The translations under genes and the position numbers were made by a program. Below, piece by piece: positions 59,523 to 64,000 of a stretch of DNA of 64,000 nt. The notes beneath the pieces were generated by a model. It had not been told where the DNA came from, searched no databases, and saw only the letters and a program-made list of their open reading frames with translations. Within the stretch, counting starts at the first letter, position 1. Each line of letters opens with the position of its first letter. The DNA is from an uncultured Gammaproteobacteria bacterium (lineage in GTDB: Bacteria > Patescibacteriota > Microgenomatia > 2-02-FULL-39-11), in contig CAZJBV010000002.1 in assembly GCA_964544585.1 (NCBI GenBank), positions 131,468-195,467 of the forward strand, written 5' to 3'.

Positions 59523-59669
59523 TTACCCAAAGCCATCTCCGACTACAAAGCCGGCAAAGTTAAAGTTATAATGTTTCTAGTCGGTCAGGTAATGAAAGAA
59601 CTCAAAGGGAAAGGAAACGCAGGAGCGATTAAAGAGAAATTATTAAATTACTTATCAAAATATGGATAG
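59523..59669 (+). pseudogene. Orphan duplicate of the gatB 3' end (no start codon)
   Basis: Encodes [32 protein letters not shown]…* . About 85% nt identity with gatB 58752-58836 ([29 protein letters not shown]). Confidence 0.7.
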
Positions 59670-60360
59670 ATTTGGCGGCGAGCGCAGATATCGCCCAATT
59701 CCTCCAAATAAAGAAGCACTTATAAAAACTAGAATTCAGGCCTTAACTCCTAGAGTAGCCTCCTTAAGACAACGATTGCAGAATGGAGAATTGTTACCAG
59801 AAAGATTCGATGAAAATATAGTTAGGATGATTGTGGCGAGAGAGCTTTTAACAGAAAGAGCTAAATTAAGAGACTTAATTGACGATAAAACTCAACTTCC
59901 CAATTCAAAATGGTTTGGACGAGAACTTCAAGAAAGAATAGAGAGAGTAAAAAAAGAAGGAGGATCAATAGGAATAATTATGCTTGATATTGACAATTTT
60001 GGAGAAATAAATAAAAGGATTGGGCAGCAAGCTGGAGATGAAGTTTTACGTCAAGTAGCCTTGCAAATTGAACTTAATACTAGACTTGAAGATTTCCCCG
60101 CAAGGTGGGGCGGAGAAGAATTTATAGTCATTACAGAAGTAGAAGATCCACAAATACTTAAAGATATTAGTGAGAGAATAAGAAAAGGTGTTGCTGAAGG
60201 GAGTTATGGAAATGCTGGTTCACAATCAGTTAGTATGGGCGGTACCATTTACACAGATGGAGAGAGAGCAGAAGATTTTATTCAAAGAGCCAATAATGCA
60301 ATGATATTATCGAAAAATACAGGCAAAAACAAAGTTTCTATACCTGAACTGGGTAAATAA
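59662..60360 (+). CDS. GGDEF-domain diguanylate cyclase (no sensor domain)
   Basis: IMLDIDNFGEIN… and the active-site motif RWGGEEF. Confidence 0.7.
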   Translation: MDRFGGERRYRPIPPNKEALIKTRIQALTPRVASLRQRLQNGELLPERFDENIVRMIVARELLTERAKLRDLIDDKTQLPNSKWFGRELQERIERVKKEGGSIGIIMLDIDNFGEINKRIGQQAGDEVLRQVALQIELNTRLEDFPARWGGEEFIVITEVEDPQILKDISERIRKGVAEGSYGNAGSQSVSMGGTIYTDGERAEDFIQRANNAMILSKNTGKNKVSIPELGK

Positions 60361-60388
60361 ATATGAACAAAGCATCGTAATTCATTTT

Positions 60389-60442
60389 ATGTCTGATTTT
60401 GTTCACCTTCACTGCCATCCAGAATATTCAATGTACAGTTAA
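60389..60442 (+). pseudogene. Orphan duplicate of the dnaE 5' end (17 codons then stop)
   Basis: atgtctgattttgttcaccttcactgccatccagaatattca… matches the dnaE start at 61121 (atgtctgattttgttcatcttcactgtcattcggaatattca…) with 4 substitutions. Encodes MSDFVHLHCHPEYSMYS*. Confidence 0.7.
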
Positions 60443-60535
60443 ACAAACTATAGGATATTGACAAATCCTACCATTATGGTAATATGTGATGACTAAACTC
60501 TCCTGCAACACCGCAAGGTCTTTGCAGGATTTTTT

Positions 60536-61117
60536 TTGGCCAACTCATGTATAATAAGTCTGATGAAGCAGGAAAGATGTATAATTCTTGTTGATGGCAG
60601 TAACTTCTATTTTAAACTCAAGGACCTAAATCTCCATCGATTAATTAATTTTGATTTCTCCAGTTTCTCAAAAACATTGGCAGGAGATAGACAACTTACC
60701 TACGCCACATATTATATTGGCGCAGTACGGAGTGATAATACTAAAAAGACACAAAAATTATTCAATCAACAGCGTAAATTACTCAACCATCTAAGAAAAC
60801 ATAATTTTAAATACTCTTTAGGATATCTTTTGAAATCCAACGGTCGGTTTCGTGAGAAGGGTGTAGATGTGAATATAGCCGTCGATATACTAGTTTCTGT
60901 ATATGAAAATCTTTGTGATTATATAATCCTGGTTTCTTCAGATACCGATCTTCTTCCTGCAATCAAAAAAGCAAAAGAGAAAGGGAAAACCGTAGAATAT
61001 ATAGGGTTTTCCCATAGACCGAGTATTGCTATGGTAGCAAATTGTTCAAAGTCAAGGTTGTGGACAAAAGAAGATCTTTTACCTTTTATAAGAAAGGCAA
61101 ATAAACAGAAAAAATAA
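60536..61117 (+). CDS. NYN-domain (LabA/PIN-like) putative ribonuclease, paralogue of 42621-43133
   Basis: CIILVDGSNFYFKLKDL… and ILVSSDTDLLPAIKKAKEKGKTVEYIGF. Confidence 0.6.
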   Translation: MANSCIISLMKQERCIILVDGSNFYFKLKDLNLHRLINFDFSSFSKTLAGDRQLTYATYYIGAVRSDNTKKTQKLFNQQRKLLNHLRKHNFKYSLGYLLKSNGRFREKGVDVNIAVDILVSVYENLCDYIILVSSDTDLLPAIKKAKEKGKTVEYIGFSHRPSIAMVANCSKSRLWTKEDLLPFIRKANKQKK

Positions 61118-61120
61118 GCT

Positions 61121-64000
61121 ATGTCTGATTTTGTTCATCTTCACTGTCATTCGGAATATTCACTTTTGGACGGACTTTCCAAGATTCCAGACTTACTCGT
61201 CCGCACCAAAGAACTGGGTATGGATTCCCTCGCCCTTACAGATCATGGCGCCATGTATGGCGCCATCGAATTTTATACCAAAGCAGAGGATGCAGGCATA
61301 AAGCCAATTATTGGCATGGAGGCATACCAAGCGGCTCGATCCAGATTTGATAAAGAAGCTGGCCAAGACCGCGATCAGTACCACCTCGTCCTTCTCGCCA
61401 AAAACAAAACCGGCTATCACAATCTTATTAAACTGACAACCCTCTCCCACTTGGAAGGTTTTTATTATAAACCCCGCATCGACATGGATTTATTACGGGA
61501 GTATAAAGACGGACTCATTGCCCTTTCAGGCTGCATGAATGGGTTGATCCCGAGTCTTCTTCGCGATAATCAAATTGATTCCGCCGAAAAAAAAGCCTTA
61601 GAATTCTTGGAAATTTTTGGCAAAGACCATTATTATTTTGAAATCCAAAAGCACTCCAAAATACCAGAACTCGATAAAATCAATGATCAATTAATTACCC
61701 TTTCGCGAAAACTTGGTATTCCCCTCGTTGCTACAAATGATGCTCATTATCTCACCCCGGAAGATGTCGAGGCCCAGGAAATTTTACTTTGTATAGGCAC
61801 ACAAAGAACAATCCTCGAAAAAAATCGACCCCTGTCTATGATCTCATCTCCCGATTTTTATCTTCGTTCGGCAGAAGAGATGAAAGGCCTTTTTTTAAAG
61901 CATCCCGAGGCAATAGAGAATACTAAAAAAATTGCCGAGCTTTGTAATTTGGAAATAGATCTTGGCAACTGGATTCTGCCTCATTTTACCGTTCCGCCTG
62001 ATTTTACCGCCAATACATACCTCAAAAAACTTGCCTTTGATGGGGGTAAGATGCGCTTTGGAAAAATCACCGATGAAATAAAGCAAAGGTTGGATTATGA
62101 ATTGGAAATTATCGCCCATAAAGGCTACTCGACATATTTTTTGGTCGTTGCCGATTTCGTTAACTGGGCCAAGGAAAAAGGCATCGCCGTTGGTCCAGGC
62201 AGAGGTTCAGCAGCCGGAAGCCTGGTTGCTTACTGCATGCGCATTACCGATCTCGATCCTCTATTTCATGAACTTCCCTTTGAAAGATTTTTAAATCCCA
62301 ATCGCCCCTCCCCTCCGGATATTGATTTGGATTTTGCCGACAATCGTCGCGACGAAGTCATTGAGTACGTTACCCATAAATATGGCCAAGACAAAGTAGC
62401 CCAAATAATAACCTTTGGTACCATGGAGGCTCGCCAGGCCGTCCGCGATGTAGGTAGAGCCCTCGGCATGCCCTACGCCCAACCCGACAGAATAGCTAAA
62501 TTGATCCCCATAGGGGCCCAAGGATTCCCCATGACCATAGAAAAGGCTCTCGAGCTATCTCCCGAATTATCTTATGCCTATCAACACGAGGCAGACACAA
62601 AGCGCCTGATTGATCTGGCACGCAAACTCGAGGGGGTCGCTCGCCACGCCTCCGTCCACGCCGCCGGCGTGGTCATCGCCGATAAGCCTCTTACTCAATA
62701 TGTACCCCTGCAAAAAGAAACCAAAGGAGACAGAGTCATTACTCAATACGATATGTATTGTCTCGATCTCAATGCTGCGGGAGGAGGAAAAGCAGTCGGC
62801 CTTCTTAAAATGGATCTATTGGGGCTAAGAAACCTCTCCATTTTGGAAAAGGCTGTCAAATTTGTTAAAGATAGCCGTGGGGTAGAGGTCGATTTTCACA
62901 GCATCCCGCTCGATGAAAAAAAAGCCTACGAAATCATTGCCTCCGGAGAAACGACGGGTATTTTTCAACTAGAATCACCTGGCATGCGTCGACTAGCCAA
63001 AGACCTCAAGCCCACCAAATTTACAGATATCTCGGCCATGGTTGCCCTTTTTCGTCCCGGGCCCATGGATTGGATACCCATTTTTATCGAAGCCAAGCAA
63101 AATCTAAAAAAAATAAAATACCCTCACGAAGCCCTAAAACCGATTCTCTCAGAAACCTATGGTATAGCAGTCTATCAGGAGCAATGTATGCAGATAGCCC
63201 ACGTTATGGCAGGTTATTCCCTCGTTGAAGCAGATAAATTGAGAATGGCCATAGGCAAAAAAAAGCCGGAGGTAATGAAAAAGGAGAAGGAGAAGTTTAT
63301 CTCAGGATGTATCAAGCAAGGATACTCAAAAAGTGTAGCCGAAAACGTCTTTTCACTTATAGAAAAATTTGCCGGCTACGGCTTCAACAAAGCCCACAGT
63401 GCCTCTTACGGCATGATTGCTTATCAGACCGCATATATGAAGGCCAAATATCCCATAGAATTTATGTGCGCAGTTTTGGCAGCCGAATCTCATGGATCGG
63501 GTCCAGCCCGAGATGAGAAAGTCGCCCAAGCCGTCATGGAGTGCAAAAGAAATAATATCCCTCTCCTTCCGCCCGACATAAACAATTCGGATAGCGATTT
63601 TACTATCGAAAACCTGCCTGCCCGTCCGGCAGGCGGGCCTGCCGGCAGGCAAGGAGAAAAAATTCGCTTCGGCCTCTCAGCCGTCAAAAACGTAGGCACA
63701 GCCGCAATCGACTCTATTCTTTCCGCCCGCATAAAAGGAGGACTTTTTGTTTCTTTAACCGATTTTATCTCCCGCGTCGATCTCCAAAAGGTAAATAAAA
63801 AAACTCTTGAAAGCCTCATCAAAGCAGGGTGTCTTGATAGATTTGGCAAAAGGGCAAGTTTACTTGCCGCCATACCCCAGTTTGTTGAAATTGCCCACAA
63901 AAGACAAAAAGAATACGAATCAGGCCAGGCAAGCCTCTTTTCCGATGAAGAAACTTCGACCGTTATCGATGTATTGCCCGAACTGGACGAATTTTCCCAA
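61121..64000 (+). CDS. dnaE: DNA polymerase III alpha subunit, 5' part; runs off the window end. Carries a palindromic-element-derived insertion
   Basis: PHP domain start MSDFVHLHCHSEYSLLDG and polymerase core motifs (GPGRGSAAGSLVAYC, PDIDLDF). Hand translation found no stop through position 64000. Element at 63603-63650 encodes NLPARPAGGPAGRQGE. Confidence 0.85.
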   Translation, partial: MSDFVHLHCHSEYSLLDGLSKIPDLLVRTKELGMDSLALTDHGAMYGAIEFYTKAEDAGIKPIIGMEAYQAARSRFDKEAGQDRDQYHLVLLAKNKTGYHNLIKLTTLSHLEGFYYKPRIDMDLLREYKDGLIALSGCMNGLIPSLLRDNQIDSAEKKALEFLEIFGKDHYYFEIQKHSKIPELDKINDQLITLSRKLGIPLVATNDAHYLTPEDVEAQEILLCIGTQRTILEKNRPLSMISSPDFYLRSAEEMKGLFLKHPEAIENTKKIAELCNLEIDLGNWILPHFTVPPDFTANTYLKKLAFDGGKMRFGKITDEIKQRLDYELEIIAHKGYSTYFLVVADFVNWAKEKGIAVGPGRGSAAGSLVAYCMRITDLDPLFHELPFERFLNPNRPSPPDIDLDFADNRRDEVIEYVTHKYGQDKVAQIITFGTMEARQAVRDVGRALGMPYAQPDRIAKLIPIGAQGFPMTIEKALELSPELSYAYQHEADTKRLIDLARKLEGVARHASVHAAGVVIADKPLTQYVPLQKETKGDRVITQYDMYCLDLNAAGGGKAVGLLKMDLLGLRNLSILEKAVKFVKDSRGVEVDFHSIPLDEKKAYEIIASGETTGIFQLESPGMRRLAKDLKPTKFTDISAMVALFRPGPMDWIPIFIEAKQNLKKIKYPHEALKPILSETYGIAVYQEQCMQIAHVMAGYSLVEADKLRMAIGKKKPEVMKKEKEKFISGCIKQGYSKSVAENVFSLIEKFAGYGFNKAHSASYGMIAYQTAYMKAKYPIEFMCAVLAAESHGSGPARDEKVAQAVMECKRNNIPLLPPDINNSDSDFTIENLPARPAGGPAGRQGEKIRFGLSAVKNVGTAAIDSILSARIKGGLFVSLTDFISRVDLQKVNKKTLESLIKAGCLDRFGKRASLLAAIPQFVEIAHKRQKEYESGQASLFSDEETSTVIDVLPELDEFSQ
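63603..63650. repeat. Degenerate GC-rich palindromic element (two adjacent core palindromes) inside dnaE
   Basis: cctgcctgcccgtccggcaggcgggcctgccggcagg. Contains the exact cctgccggcagg core. Confidence 0.6.

Noticed and set aside
61193-63900. Minus-strand ORFs 61193-61450, 61895-62119, 62266-62521, 63353-63652 and 63490-63900 and plus-strand alternate-frame ORFs inside dnaE
   Set aside because: Hand translation shows one uninterrupted plus-strand frame with DNA polymerase III alpha motifs from 61121 to the window end. The others are overlaps.
1-64000. CRISPR arrays and rRNA genes
   Set aside because: No series of evenly spaced direct repeats with unique spacers and no rRNA-like conserved stretches were seen. 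The only recurrent repeats are the palindromic elements and short tandem units described above.

Overview
The window is AT-rich and gene-dense with short intergenic spacers, which looks like a small-genome bacterium of the Candidate Phyla Radiation/Patescibacteria type; that assignment is inference from gene content only. Nearly everything is coding and most of it is routine. A long peptidoglycan and division (dcw-like) block runs from 1 to about 23.4 kb: ftsI (3' part), murE-like, pgeF, murC, murB, murA, a glmU-like gene, glmS, then murF, a DegT-type aminotransferase, a FemAB-like gene, dgkA, mraY, ftsW, murG, ftsQ, ftsA and ftsZ. After that come ileS, rodA, rplU, rpmA, parB, lepB and tRNA-Val. 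A secreted beta-propeller/lipase protein and a seven-gene glycosyltransferase cluster occupy 30.5 to 39.7 kb, followed by secreted repeat proteins. The remainder holds tRNA-Thr, tRNA-Gly and tRNA-Asp, polX, lemA-htpX, murT-gatD, a GAF-ANTAR regulator with glnA, gatCAB and the start of dnaE. The standout feature is a family of at least 12 GC-rich palindromic elements, about 40 to 110 nt long. Their arms are cacctc(c)gaggtg and ctcctcggatggtg, around a cctgccggcagg core. Several copies sit inside protein-coding genes (two GT2 glycosyltransferases, murT, gatD, three in gatB, polX, dnaE) without breaking the reading frame. Each adds a peptide such as [22 protein letters not shown], as the palindromic elements of Rickettsia are known to do. 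An IS200/RAYT-like HUH transposase at 9.6 to 10.3 kb is flanked by hairpins with closely related termini (caccttagaggtgt), which suggests a mobilising enzyme. Two other points are worth a look. A two-gene cassette (small protein plus retropepsin-like protease) sits after gatB next to a diverged duplicate of the gatB 3' end. A NYN-domain gene sits before dnaE next to a duplicate of the dnaE 5' end. No CRISPR array or rRNA gene was seen.
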